From assembly GCA_016793875.1 (NCBI GenBank), contig JAEULG010000025.1, forward strand, positions 1,252 to 65,251: a stretch of 64,000 nt of DNA. Reading direction: 5' to 3'. The stretch's first letter is position 1. Each line of letters opens with the position of its first letter. The notes under the pieces were generated by a model. That model searched no databases, was not told the DNA's origin, and saw only the letters and a program-made list of their open reading frames with translations. Below are positions 25,904 to 35,491 of the stretch, in pieces. A program made the translations under genes and the position numbers. The DNA comes from Rhodospirillales bacterium (lineage in GTDB: Bacteria; Pseudomonadota; Alphaproteobacteria; Rhodospirillales; Defluviicoccaceae).

Positions 25904-25987
25904 ACCGGAGCGGCCGCCAGCCTGCTCAGCAGGCCAGGCCCGCGCGGTTCATATCGGCGGCAACTCACCGGTGCATATCCGCGGCGC

Positions 25988-26020
25988 TCGCCCGCCGCCC
26001 GGCTGACGGGCGGCGGGCGA
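25988..26020 (+). terminator. Very stable 14-bp GC hairpin (terminator-like)
   Basis: tcgcccgccgcccg (25988-26001), loop gctga, cgggcggcgggcga (26007-26020). Perfect complement, between the DUF3035 gene and the M16 peptidase gene. No U tract. Confidence 0.5.
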
Positions 26021-26055
26021 ACGCCGCCTTGGATAGGAAAGCGGAGATTCCCGCG

Positions 26056-27507
26056 ATGATCAGGCTCAGACTGTACCGGCGCCCGCCGGCGCATCCCCGG
26101 CAGACTTGGTGGACCAGCCTCATGGCGCTGGCCTTGCTGCTGCTGGCGTTGGCATGCCCCGAGCCGGCGATGGCAAGGGGACTCTTCCAGCCACAGACAT
26201 TCACCCTTGCCAATGGCCTGCAGGTGGTCGTCGTCACCGACCGGCGGGTACCGGTCGTCAGCCACATGGTCTGGTACAAGGTCGGCGCCGCGGACGATCC
26301 CGAGGGCCACTCAGGGATCGCCCACCTGCTCGAGCACCTGATGTTCAAGGGCACGCCGACGGTGCCGCCGGGCGAGTTCTCCCGGAACGTCTCGCGCAAC
26401 GGCGGCGAGGAGAACGCGTTCACCTCCTACGACTATACCGCCTATTACCAGGACATCGCTCGTAGCCGGCTGGAGCTGGTCATGCGCATGGAGGCGGACC
26501 GGATGCACAACCTTACCCTGACCGAAAAGCAGGTGGTGCCGGAGCGGCAGGTGGTACTGGAGGAACGCAGCCAGCGCACCGATAACGATCCGGCCGCCAT
26601 TCTCGATGAAGAAATGCAGGCGACCAAGTTCCTCAACCACCCCTACCGGCGGCCGGTGATCGGCTGGCAGAAGGAAATCGCCGCCCTGCAGACGGCTGAC
26701 GTCCTGCGCTTCTACCGGCGGTGGTATGCGCCGAACAACGCCGTTCTGGTGGTCACCGGCGACATCGATGCCGCCGAGCTGCGGCCGCTTGCGGAGCGCA
26801 CCTACGGGCTGAACAAGAAGACCGAGGTGCCGGTGCGGCGCCAGCTGGTGGAGCCGGACCAGCGGGCCGAGCGGCAGGTCGAGCTGGCCGATCCGCGGGT
26901 CCGCCAGCCGGAATGGAGCCGCTCGTTCCGAGCGCCGTCGTATATCTGGGGCGACAGCCAGCGCGCGTATGCCCTACAGGTTCTCGCCGATATCCTCGGG
27001 GGCGGTGCCACCAGCAGGCTTTACCGCAGCCTCGTCGTCGAGCAGGCGCTCGCCGTGTCGGCCTCGTCCTGGTACGACCCGTCACGGCGCGGCCCCTCGG
27101 AGGTCGCGATAGCGGCCAGTCCCCGCCCCGGCGTCGATCTCGGTCGCCTTGGTGCAGCCGCAGCAGCCATCGTCGGCGAGATGGCCGGCTCAGGCCCCAC
27201 CGAGGACGAGGTTGCCCGAGCCAAGCAGCGAATGATCGCCGAAGCGGTGTTCGCCCGGGATTCCATCGGCACGGCGGCGCGCATCCTCGGCCAGGGAGTA
27301 GCCATCGGTCAGAGCCTGGACGACATTGAAGCATGGCCGGAGCGTATCGGCGCGGTTACCCGCGACCAGGTGGCAGAAGCCGCCAAACTGGTGCTGACCG
27401 GCCCGGCGGTGACCTCGCTGCTGCTATCCGCCGGCGGCGCACCACAATCAGCCGAGGAGCGGCCGCCGGCCCCGTCCCCGGCATCTTTGGGCGGAGCGAT
27501 CCGATGA
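26056..27507 (+). CDS. M16 (pitrilysin) family zinc peptidase, catalytic subunit
   Basis: HxxEH zinc motif HLLEHLMFKG. Signal-like N-terminus. ATG at 26056 (the track start at 26029 is TTG). Confidence 0.85.
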   Translation: MIRLRLYRRPPAHPRQTWWTSLMALALLLLALACPEPAMARGLFQPQTFTLANGLQVVVVTDRRVPVVSHMVWYKVGAADDPEGHSGIAHLLEHLMFKGTPTVPPGEFSRNVSRNGGEENAFTSYDYTAYYQDIARSRLELVMRMEADRMHNLTLTEKQVVPERQVVLEERSQRTDNDPAAILDEEMQATKFLNHPYRRPVIGWQKEIAALQTADVLRFYRRWYAPNNAVLVVTGDIDAAELRPLAERTYGLNKKTEVPVRRQLVEPDQRAERQVELADPRVRQPEWSRSFRAPSYIWGDSQRAYALQVLADILGGGATSRLYRSLVVEQALAVSASSWYDPSRRGPSEVAIAASPRPGVDLGRLGAAAAAIVGEMAGSGPTEDEVARAKQRMIAEAVFARDSIGTAARILGQGVAIGQSLDDIEAWPERIGAVTRDQVAEAAKLVLTGPAVTSLLLSAGGAPQSAEERPPAPSPASLGGAIR

Positions 27508-28856
27508 GCCGCAGTCACAGGGGGTGCACCGCCCGGCTGGCCGGTGCGGTGCTGGTCGTCGCTCTCTGGCTGGGGGTGCTGGCAACGCCGGCGGCGGCGG
27601 TGCAAATCCAGCCGGTGAGGGCTGGAGATATCGAGGCGTGGCTGATCGAGGACCACGCCAACCCAATTCTGTCGCTGCGCATCGCTTTCCGCGACTCTGG
27701 CTCGGCGTTCGATCCTGCCGACAAGGCGGGACTCGCGCGACTGACCGCGGCCCTGCTGGACGAGGGCGCGGGCAATCTCGACAGTCAGGCGTTCCAGGCG
27801 AAGCTGGAGGATCTGGCGATCCGCCTTTCGTTCTCCGCCGACCGTGACAACTTCTTCGGCTCGCTGACCACCCTTACCGCCAATCGCGATACGGCCTTCG
27901 AGCTGCTGCGCCTCGCGCTGATGCAGCCCCGGTTCGACGACGAGCCGGTCGCGCGCAACCGCAGCCAGTTGGAAGCATATCTGCGTCGGAGCGCGGAAGA
28001 CCCGGAGAGCCGCTCCGACGATGTCCTGTGGGAAAAGCTGTTCGCAGACTCGCCCTACGCCCACCCCGTAGAAGGAACGTTGGAGAGCCTGCCGCGTATC
28101 GACCGCACCGACCTACAGCGATTCTTGCGCGAGCGTCTCGCCCGCAACGGCCTCGTGCTCGGCGTCGTCGGCGATATCACCGGGGCGGAGCTGGCGCCGC
28201 TGCTGGAAAAGACCTTCGGCGGGTTACCGGTGCAGGCCGCCCCGGTGGCAATCCCCGAAATGCAGCCGAAAGGCGCCGGGACTGTCAGTGTCGTCGATAT
28301 GGACGTGCCGCAAAGCGCCATTGGCTTCGCCCAACCCGGGCTGAAGCGGGATGATCCACGCTTCTACACGCTCACCGTGCTCAACCAGATCCTCGGCGGC
28401 AGCGGCCTGTCGTCACGCCTGTTTGACGAGATCCGCGAGCGGCGCGGTCTGGTCTACGGTGTCTCTACCGCGCCGGTGCCGCTCGACCACGCAGCACTCA
28501 TCATGGGGAGCGCGGCAACGGGAAACGAACATGCAGCGGAGACGCTCTCGCTGATCCGACAGGAATGGCACCGCTTTAGTACCGGAGGGGTCACTGCTGC
28601 GGAACTCTCTGACAGCAAGACCTTCCTGACCGGATCGTTCCCATTGCGCTTCACCGGCAGCGCCCGGCTGGCCGGAATGCTTGCATCGGTGCAACTGGAG
28701 AACCTCGGCATCGATTATCTCAACCGGCGCAATGGACTTATCGAGGCTGTTGGCCTGGAGGATGTCAATACCCTCGCCCGCAGCCTGCTGAATGCGCAGG
28801 CACTGACATTCGTAGTGGTCGGAAGGCCACAAGGTGTGTTACCTTCTCAAAAATAG
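27504..28856 (+). CDS. M16 family peptidase homologue without HxxEH (non-catalytic partner)
   Basis: Start MSRSHRG overlaps the upstream stop (ATGA, 27504-27507). M16 fold segments are present, but the HxxEH position reads no zinc motif. Confidence 0.8.
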   Translation: MSRSHRGCTARLAGAVLVVALWLGVLATPAAAVQIQPVRAGDIEAWLIEDHANPILSLRIAFRDSGSAFDPADKAGLARLTAALLDEGAGNLDSQAFQAKLEDLAIRLSFSADRDNFFGSLTTLTANRDTAFELLRLALMQPRFDDEPVARNRSQLEAYLRRSAEDPESRSDDVLWEKLFADSPYAHPVEGTLESLPRIDRTDLQRFLRERLARNGLVLGVVGDITGAELAPLLEKTFGGLPVQAAPVAIPEMQPKGAGTVSVVDMDVPQSAIGFAQPGLKRDDPRFYTLTVLNQILGGSGLSSRLFDEIRERRGLVYGVSTAPVPLDHAALIMGSAATGNEHAAETLSLIRQEWHRFSTGGVTAAELSDSKTFLTGSFPLRFTGSARLAGMLASVQLENLGIDYLNRRNGLIEAVGLEDVNTLARSLLNAQALTFVVVGRPQGVLPSQK

Positions 28857-29030
28857 CATCATTCAGCCACAATCGCCCCAATAGGGCGGCGGCCGGCACG
28901 GTTCTTGCGGGTGCGAAATTGCAATGCACACCGCCGGAATTGGTCCGGGCGCCCCGGGTTGAGACGGGATAGTCGTGAGTAAGACGCATTATCATTGTGC
29001 GTTGCGGTACAGATGGATAGGAACGCGACC

Positions 29031-29138
29031 ATGACCGAAACTTCGAAAATCAAGGAGTTGATGTCGCAGTTTGTGCTGCCCTTGGCGCTCTGTGCGTCGA
29101 TCCTCGGGCTGGTGGTGTTCTGGCCGTTCACGCTTTAG
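29031..29138 (+). CDS. Possible 35-aa single-TM membrane peptide
   Basis: ATG at 29031 after aggaa. MTETSKIKELMSQFVLPLALCASILGLVVFWPFTL, then TAG at 29136. Lies in an AT-richer island upstream of the PKS gene. No family recognised. Confidence 0.3.
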   Translation: MTETSKIKELMSQFVLPLALCASILGLVVFWPFTL

Positions 29139-29364
29139 CGGCCGGAGGCGGCAGTCAAGCGGCCCGGACCCGCCATGTTCGGGCCAGCTGCCGCCCGGTA
29201 TGATGCTATTTTGTGCGCTGGATGAATATCATGTAGCAGCCCTGCGCGTCGGGGCGCTGCACCGCAGCATGGCGGCGTGACAAAGGATCACAGTGACGCG
29301 CGATCAATTTGCCCAACTTCAGTCTTAAGGCAGGGGCGATTTGCGCCGTTGCTGATGATCCTCA

Positions 29365-30435
29365 ATGCCACATTCTGTCCGCCTGCTGTCAGTCGCCACC
29401 GCCGTTCCGGCACATCAGATGCACCAGCAGGATGTGCAGCGCCGTCTCGCGCGGGTGTTCCGCGAGCGGCCGGAGGACGCGGAACGCTACCTTCCGGTGT
29501 TCGGCAACGCCGGCATCGAGACGCGCTACTCCAGCGTCCCGCTGGACTGGTTCGAAGCCGACCATAGCTGGTCCGACCGTAATCCGCTCTTCTTGCGGTG
29601 CGCCACCGACTTGCTGGAGCAAGCCGCCGGGCAGGCCCTGGCAGACGCCGATCTCGGACCCTCCGACATCGACGGCATCGTCTGCGTTTCTACCTCCGGG
29701 ATCGCCACGCCGAGCCTGGATGCGCTGCTGATGCAGCGCATGAATTTCCGTCGCGACACCTTCCGCCTGCCCATCTTCGGCCTCGGCTGCGCCGGCGGCG
29801 TGCTCGGGCTGGCGCGGGCGGCGCGGCTGGCGCAGGCCGCTCCTGAGGAACTCATCCTCTTCCTGGTGGTCGAGCCGTGCGCGCTCACCTTCTGCCGCAA
29901 CGACTATTCGAAGAGCAACATCGTCGCCACCGCGCTGTTCGGCGACGGCGCCGCGGCGGCGGTGATAGGCTGCCGCGGATCGGGCCCGCGCTTCGGCGCG
30001 GCGGGCGAACATACGTGGCCCGACACCCTCGACATCATGGGCTGGGGAGTCGAAGACGACGGCCTCCGCGTGGTTTTCTCGCGGGACATTCCGATGCTGA
30101 TCCGCGAGCGCTTCCGCCCGGCGCTGGATACCTATCTGCAGCGGCAGGGAGTGACGATGGCCGATATCGACACCTGGATCTGCCACCCCGGCGGCGCCAA
30201 AGTGCTGGACGCACTCGAGGAGGCGCTCGACCGGGAACGCGGCGGGCTGGTCCACGCCCGCTCGGTACTGCGCGACTACGGCAATATGTCGGCGGCGACG
30301 GTGATGTTCGTCCTGGCGCGCACCCTCGCCGACGGCGGCATCGGCCGCCGCGCGCTGCTGAGCTCGCTCGGCCCTGGCTTCACCGCCGCATTCCTGATGC
30401 TCGAGGCCGGCGACCGTGAACCCGGCGACGGATGA
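29365..30435 (+). CDS. Type III polyketide synthase (chalcone/stilbene synthase superfamily)
   Basis: Catalytic triad contexts GLGCAGG (Cys), ICHPGG (His), YGNMSAATV (Asn). 356 aa. Confidence 0.9.
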   Translation: MPHSVRLLSVATAVPAHQMHQQDVQRRLARVFRERPEDAERYLPVFGNAGIETRYSSVPLDWFEADHSWSDRNPLFLRCATDLLEQAAGQALADADLGPSDIDGIVCVSTSGIATPSLDALLMQRMNFRRDTFRLPIFGLGCAGGVLGLARAARLAQAAPEELILFLVVEPCALTFCRNDYSKSNIVATALFGDGAAAAVIGCRGSGPRFGAAGEHTWPDTLDIMGWGVEDDGLRVVFSRDIPMLIRERFRPALDTYLQRQGVTMADIDTWICHPGGAKVLDALEEALDRERGGLVHARSVLRDYGNMSAATVMFVLARTLADGGIGRRALLSSLGPGFTAAFLMLEAGDREPGDG

Positions 30436-30950
30436 GCCTCCCTCAGGCGCTCGTCATGCTGGTACTGGCGCAACGGCTGGCCGAGGTCCTCTGGGCCCAG
30501 CGCAATGAGCGGCGGCTGCTGGCGCAGGGTGCGATCGAAATCGGCGCCCGCCACTATCCGCTGTTTTTCCTGCTGCACGGCGCTTGGCTGGCATCGCTGG
30601 CGCTGCTGGTCCCCGCCAACGCGCCCCTCTTTTGGCCACTGCTGCTTGCCTTCGTCCTGCTGCAGGCGGCGCGGCTGTGGGTCATCGCCAGCCTCGGCCG
30701 CTATTGGACGACCCGCATCATCACCCTGCCCGGCGCGCCGATCGTCCGCCGCGGCCCCTACCGCTGGCTGCGGCACCCCAACTACGCCATCGTCGCCGCT
30801 GAGATCGCCGTCCTGCCGCTGGTCTTCGGCGCCTGGCCGATCGCCCTCGTCTTTTCGGTGCTGAACACCCTGCTGCTTCGCCACCGCATCCGGCTGGAGG
30901 AGCAAGCACTGGCACCGCGCACGGTGAGCGCGTCCTCGCAGGTTTCCTAA
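30432..30950 (+). CDS. Isoprenylcysteine carboxyl methyltransferase (ICMT)-family membrane methyltransferase
   Basis: Polytopic. GPYRWLRHPNY motif. ATGA overlap with the PKS stop (30432-30435). Confidence 0.85.
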   Translation: MSLPQALVMLVLAQRLAEVLWAQRNERRLLAQGAIEIGARHYPLFFLLHGAWLASLALLVPANAPLFWPLLLAFVLLQAARLWVIASLGRYWTTRIITLPGAPIVRRGPYRWLRHPNYAIVAAEIAVLPLVFGAWPIALVFSVLNTLLLRHRIRLEEQALAPRTVSASSQVS

Positions 30951-30953
30951 CGC

Positions 30954-31829
30954 CTATCGTCGCAGCGACTGCTGGGCCGCCTCGCGGACCTGCGGATCGG
31001 AATCGCCGCGGGCGCCCTCCAGGACCGCCCGCGCCAGATCACCGTCGCTGCGGCTGAGCATGCCAATGGCCGCCAGCCGGACACTCGCATCGGCATCGCC
31101 CTTGACCGCCTGCGCCAGGAGGCTGACCGGCTTCTCACCGGTAGCGGTCAGCACCCGCAACGCCTCGATGCGCATTTCCGGGTCGGTATCCGCGACCGTC
31201 TGCATCACCGTGCGCCGGGCATCGTCGCCCGGCAACCCGGCCAGCAGTCCCAGCGCCGTGCGACGAACCGCCGGATCCGGATCGCCGGACATGACGTAGA
31301 TCAGCGGCTGCACCGCCGCCTCGCCGGCGCCGCGCTGCTTCGCCATCTTGCTGATGCGCTCGATGCGCTTGTCGGAATCCGGCAGTTCCTGCCCGTCCTC
31401 GTAATTCCACATCTTCGCGATGCCGCCCAGCGCGACCGTCGTCGGCGGACCGCCCGCAGTCCCGGGAGCAACCGCATGAATGGCGAGAAGACGGCCGCCG
31501 CTATTATCGAACTGGAGAATAAGTCCGTTCGGCTGCGCCAGCCGCGATAAGGCGCTGGCGAGCGGCACCCCGGTGAACGACTGCGGACGGACGTTGCCCA
31601 GTTCACCGCGGACCGAAAGGCTGGCACCTGTCTGATGCGCAACGCTGCCAAGCACGTCGACGACTGGCACCGCCCCCAGTGACGCGCTCATGCGGCCACC
31701 CTCGATCGTAACCTCCAGCACGCCCGGAGCCGGCTGCGCCAGCACGGGCGACAGTGGCGTCACCACGGCAAGCACGCCCGCAACAAGCCGTGCGGCGGCA
31801 CGCCGCGACTGCCTCCGTATTCCTGCCAT
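30954..31829 (-). CDS. Secreted HEAT-repeat protein
   Basis: Signal peptide (MAGIRRQSRRAAARLVAGVLAVVTPLSPVLAQP). C-terminal HEAT-like repeats (DPDPAVRRTALGLL, DTDPEMRIEALRVL, DADASVRLAAIGML, DSDPQVREAA). The track start at 31841 is GTG. Confidence 0.65.
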   Translation of the reverse strand: MAGIRRQSRRAAARLVAGVLAVVTPLSPVLAQPAPGVLEVTIEGGRMSASLGAVPVVDVLGSVAHQTGASLSVRGELGNVRPQSFTGVPLASALSRLAQPNGLILQFDNSGGRLLAIHAVAPGTAGGPPTTVALGGIAKMWNYEDGQELPDSDKRIERISKMAKQRGAGEAAVQPLIYVMSGDPDPAVRRTALGLLAGLPGDDARRTVMQTVADTDPEMRIEALRVLTATGEKPVSLLAQAVKGDADASVRLAAIGMLSRSDGDLARAVLEGARGDSDPQVREAAQQSLRR

Positions 31830-32060
31830 CGACGCTGACACTCGTCGCCCCCGACTCCGTCCTCGCCGGCCCTTCCCCCGCGTCCGCCACGAGATCCCAC
31901 CGCAGAAGCCTAAACGCGGCGGCGGCCCCGGGTCAACGCATCGCCGGCGGCGACCGCAGACGGCAGTTCAGCCGATCGTTGAACCTCCCGCCGAATCCCG
32001 CGACAGTGGAGCTTACAGGTGCCCAGAGAGATGCAAGGGCGCGAAGACGGGGAGTTGGGA

Positions 32061-32999
32061 ATGGCAGGAACTGCCAGCAGCAGGAGGGGTGGCGGGCGAC
32101 CGGCGGGAATACCGCCGGCGGTCGGCGTCATCGGCGGCAGCGGACTCTACGAAATCGAGGGGTTGGAGGGGGAGAGATGGGAAGCGGTGCCGACACCGTG
32201 GGGGCGCCCCTCCGATGAGCTGCTGTCGGGCCGCCTGCAGGGCTGCCGGTGCATCTTCCTCCCGCGACATGGGCGTGGCCACCGCATTCCTCCCAGCGCC
32301 CTCAACAGCCGTGCCAACATCGATGCGCTGAAGCGCCTGGGCGCGACCGAGATCCTGTCGCTGTCGGCTTGTGGCTCGCTGCGCGAAGATCTGCCCCCCG
32401 GCACGTTCGTTATCGTCGACCAGTTCATCGACCGCACCTTCGCCCGCGTCAAAAGCTTCTTTGGCGAGGGCGTCGTCGCCCACGTCGGTATGGCCCAACC
32501 AGTCTGCAGCCGCCTTGGCGACGCGCTCGAACAGGCCTGCCGCGATCTGGAGATACCGGTGGTCCGCGGAGGCACCTACCTGGTGATGGAAGGCCCCCAG
32601 TTCTCGACTCTGGCGGAAAGCCGGCTCTACCGTTCGTGGGACTGTGACGTCATCGGCATGACCAACATGCCGGAAGCCAAGCTCGCCCGCGAAGCCGAGC
32701 TGTGCTGGGCGACGATAGCCATGGTCACCGACTTCGACTGCTGGCATCCGGAGCACGACGCCGTGTCGGTGGAAGCGATCATCCGCGTGCTGCTAGACAA
32801 CGCCGAGAAGGCCCGCGCGCTGATCAGCGCCGTCATCCCTCGTCTCGCCGAACGCTCAGAGCCCTGCCCGTGCGGCTGCCATACCGCGCTCGACCGGGCG
32901 ATCATCACTTCTCCGGCCTTTCGCGATCCGGTGCTGACCGCCAAGCTCGATGTCATCGCCGGCCGGGTCCTGGGGCGATCGCCTCAGGACCGCGGCTGA
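32061..32999 (+). CDS. mtnP: S-methyl-5'-thioadenosine phosphorylase
   Basis: GVIGGSGLY, FLPRHGRGH, GMTNMPEAKLAREAEL, MVTDFDCW motifs. Start MAGTASS after a GGGGAG SD. Confidence 0.9.
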   Translation: MAGTASSRRGGGRPAGIPPAVGVIGGSGLYEIEGLEGERWEAVPTPWGRPSDELLSGRLQGCRCIFLPRHGRGHRIPPSALNSRANIDALKRLGATEILSLSACGSLREDLPPGTFVIVDQFIDRTFARVKSFFGEGVVAHVGMAQPVCSRLGDALEQACRDLEIPVVRGGTYLVMEGPQFSTLAESRLYRSWDCDVIGMTNMPEAKLAREAELCWATIAMVTDFDCWHPEHDAVSVEAIIRVLLDNAEKARALISAVIPRLAERSEPCPCGCHTALDRAIITSPAFRDPVLTAKLDVIAGRVLGRSPQDRG

Positions 33000-33649
33000 T
33001 CCGTCGACGGCTGATACACGTTGGAGACGTTCCGCAGCGTGTCGGCGATGTCGCGGCTGAGTTCTCCCAGGAGGGCGCTCATCGCCAGCGTGATCGAGCG
33101 GAAATCCGGGGAGACATCCGGCACCCGGTAGCTGGACCGCTCGACGGCGACCAGGCGCTCGCCTCCTTCGCTGAAGACGCTCCAGCGGGCGACGAGGTCG
33201 ACGCCGCCGTCCGGCTGCCGCTCGAACCGCACGATTTCCACCCGCAGCTCATAATCGACCGGCACGGCGGCGGACACCGGCAGTTCGACGACGCGATCGC
33301 TGGGGATCATCGTTGAAATGTTCTCGCTCAGCACCGACGAGATGGTATCGGACAGCGGCGCTGCCCAGACGTCGTTGTCAGCCAGATCCAGTTGCGTCGG
33401 ACTGCTGCGGACGACGATGGAACGCTGGCTGAGGTACTGCGGCACCCGCACCGCGGCCACGGCGAAAATCGGCCCGCTGCTGGCGGGGCGGGCTCCGCCG
33501 ACCACCGGCTGACCGTTCATCCCGGAGGTGGCACTCAATGTGTAGAATTCCAGCGGCGGCTGGCCGCCAATGAGGCCGCCGCAACCGCTGAGGAGGAGAG
33601 GAAGGAGAGCAAGCGCACTGTTCAGGCGCACCAGCCGCGGCAGTATCAT
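32984..33649 (-). CDS. ABC-transport auxiliary lipoprotein (PqiC/YmbA-like, DUF330)
   Basis: Lipobox LLLSGC. Overlaps the MlaD-like gene stop. The 3' end overlaps the mtnP 3' end by 16 nt (convergent). Confidence 0.7.
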   Translation of the reverse strand: MILPRLVRLNSALALLPLLLSGCGGLIGGQPPLEFYTLSATSGMNGQPVVGGARPASSGPIFAVAAVRVPQYLSQRSIVVRSSPTQLDLADNDVWAAPLSDTISSVLSENISTMIPSDRVVELPVSAAVPVDYELRVEIVRFERQPDGGVDLVARWSVFSEGGERLVAVERSSYRVPDVSPDFRSITLAMSALLGELSRDIADTLRNVSNVYQPSTDQPRS

Positions 33650-34695
33650 CGGTTGTTTCCTCCCGGAGCAGGCCTGCCGAACAGCAGCGAGTTGGGGTTG
33701 CGCTGCAGCTGATCAGCCAAGTCCCGCATCGAGCGGGCCGCCGCCGCCGTCTCGCGCAGCGCGTTGACGACCTCGAAGTTCACCGGGCCGCCCGGCTGGA
33801 TGATGGTGTTGGCCGTCCGCAGCGTCCGGTCGGCCTGGGTCAGCGCGGTGGTGGCCGCCTGCAGCATGGCATTGGTATCGCGGAAGGTCTGCTCGGAGCG
33901 CGCCTCAATGCCGTTCATCGCCTTCTCGGCGCTGACCAGCGCCCGGTTGGCATTGTCCGACGTGCTGGTGATGCTGGCGATCATCGGCGGGATCCGGCTG
34001 TCGAGCGTCCGCGCCACCTGCTGCAGGTCGGAAAGCGCCAGTGTGGCATTGCTGATCGTCTGGGCGATCTGCGGATCGTTGACCAGCCGGTTGGCTCCCT
34101 TGAGAACGTCCCGGGCGTCGCTGACCAGATCATCCAGCGGCAATTGCGAGATCTTGCCGTAGACCTGCTGCAGCGTCGCCTGAACCTCCTGAAGGGTCGA
34201 AGGAACCGTCGGGATCTCGATCCTTTCGGGAAAGGAGTCTTTCACTACGGCAGGGGTACCCGGGTAAAAGTCGAGCGCGATGGTTGCTTGGCCGGTGACC
34301 AAGCTGGGAAGCGCCAGTTGCGCCCGCAGCCCCTTGTCCACCAGCATGCGCAGCTGATCTTCCCGCGTGTGGCGAATATTCCGGCGCTCCTCCTTGTCGG
34401 CGACGATCTCGACATTGTTGCCGATGAAGTCCGCCAGCACCGGAATCGTGGTAACCGGTGAGCCGTCCGGCTCGTAACGAATGAAAACGCCGGTCACCTG
34501 TCCGACACGGACGCCACGGAAATTGACCGGCGAGCCGACGTTGAGACCGGTGACCGACCCCTGGAAGAACATCACCACCGGCGTGCGTCGCTGGAACAGC
34601 TTGCCGCCGCCCAGAACAGCGAGAACGCCGATAGTCAGGGCAATGGCACCGAGCACGAACACTCCTACCAGCTTTGGATTTGCAGCCTTGCTCAT
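33646..34695 (-). CDS. MlaD/MCE-domain substrate-binding protein
   Basis: N-terminal TM helix, then MCE domain (FFQGSVTGLNVGSPVNFRGVRVGQV). Long helical C-terminus. Confidence 0.85.
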   Translation of the reverse strand: MSKAANPKLVGVFVLGAIALTIGVLAVLGGGKLFQRRTPVVMFFQGSVTGLNVGSPVNFRGVRVGQVTGVFIRYEPDGSPVTTIPVLADFIGNNVEIVADKEERRNIRHTREDQLRMLVDKGLRAQLALPSLVTGQATIALDFYPGTPAVVKDSFPERIEIPTVPSTLQEVQATLQQVYGKISQLPLDDLVSDARDVLKGANRLVNDPQIAQTISNATLALSDLQQVARTLDSRIPPMIASITSTSDNANRALVSAEKAMNGIEARSEQTFRDTNAMLQAATTALTQADRTLRTANTIIQPGGPVNFEVVNALRETAAAARSMRDLADQLQRNPNSLLFGRPAPGGNNR

Positions 34696-34708
34696 TGCGC
34701 CAGCACCT

Positions 34709-35479
34709 CTAAGCCGCCCGCGCGGAAGCCTCGCCGCGGGTCAGGAACTGCTTCACGGTGGGATTGGTCGTCTCGGCGAGGACGGTTTTGGGATCTCCCG
34801 AGGCGATCATGGTTCTGCTTTCGGCATCGAGGAAGACCGAGTTGTTACCAATGGTGAAGATGCTGGCGAGTTCGTGGGTGACGACGACGATGGTCGCTCC
34901 CAGGCTGTCGCGCAACTCAATGATCAGGTCATCGAGCATGCGCGAGCTGATCGGATCGAGACCTGCCGAGGGCTCGTCGAAGAACAGAATTTCGGGATCG
35001 AGCGCCATGGCGCGAGCGAGACCGGCGCGCTTCTGCATCCCGCCGCTGATTTCCGACGGATAGTAGTCCTCGAAGCCGGCGAGGCCGACCAGCGCCAGCT
35101 TGAGGGAAGCGACCTCAGCGATCACCCGCTCGCTGAGGTCGGTATACTCGCGCAGCGGCAGGGCAATGTTCTCGGCGAGGGTCATCGAGCTCCACAGGGC
35201 GCCCCGCTGGAACAGCACGCCTGTCCCTTGCAGGATGCGGCGCTGCTGCTCGATGGGGGCATCCCACAGGCTCTCGCCATAGTAATATACCTTCCCCTTG
35301 GCCGGTGCCTTCAGGCCGATCAGGTGGCGCAGCAGCGTGCTCTTGCCGCAGCCGCTGCCGCCCATGATGATGAAGATGTCGCCGCGCTTGACGGTGAAGG
35401 TCAGGTCGCGCTGCAGCACGAACGAGCCGAACGCCATCGTTAAATCCTCGACAACGATCGGGGCGTCATGGTCGGCCAC
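34709..35479 (-). CDS. ABC transporter ATP-binding protein (MlaF-like)
   Basis: Walker A GGSGCGKS, signature ISGGMQKR, Walker B ILFFDEP. GTG start 4 nt after a GGAGGAG SD. Confidence 0.9.
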   Translation of the reverse strand: MADHDAPIVVEDLTMAFGSFVLQRDLTFTVKRGDIFIIMGGSGCGKSTLLRHLIGLKAPAKGKVYYYGESLWDAPIEQQRRILQGTGVLFQRGALWSSMTLAENIALPLREYTDLSERVIAEVASLKLALVGLAGFEDYYPSEISGGMQKRAGLARAMALDPEILFFDEPSAGLDPISSRMLDDLIIELRDSLGATIVVVTHELASIFTIGNNSVFLDAESRTMIASGDPKTVLAETTNPTVKQFLTRGEASARAA

Positions 35480-35491
35480 GGGCGCTCCTCC

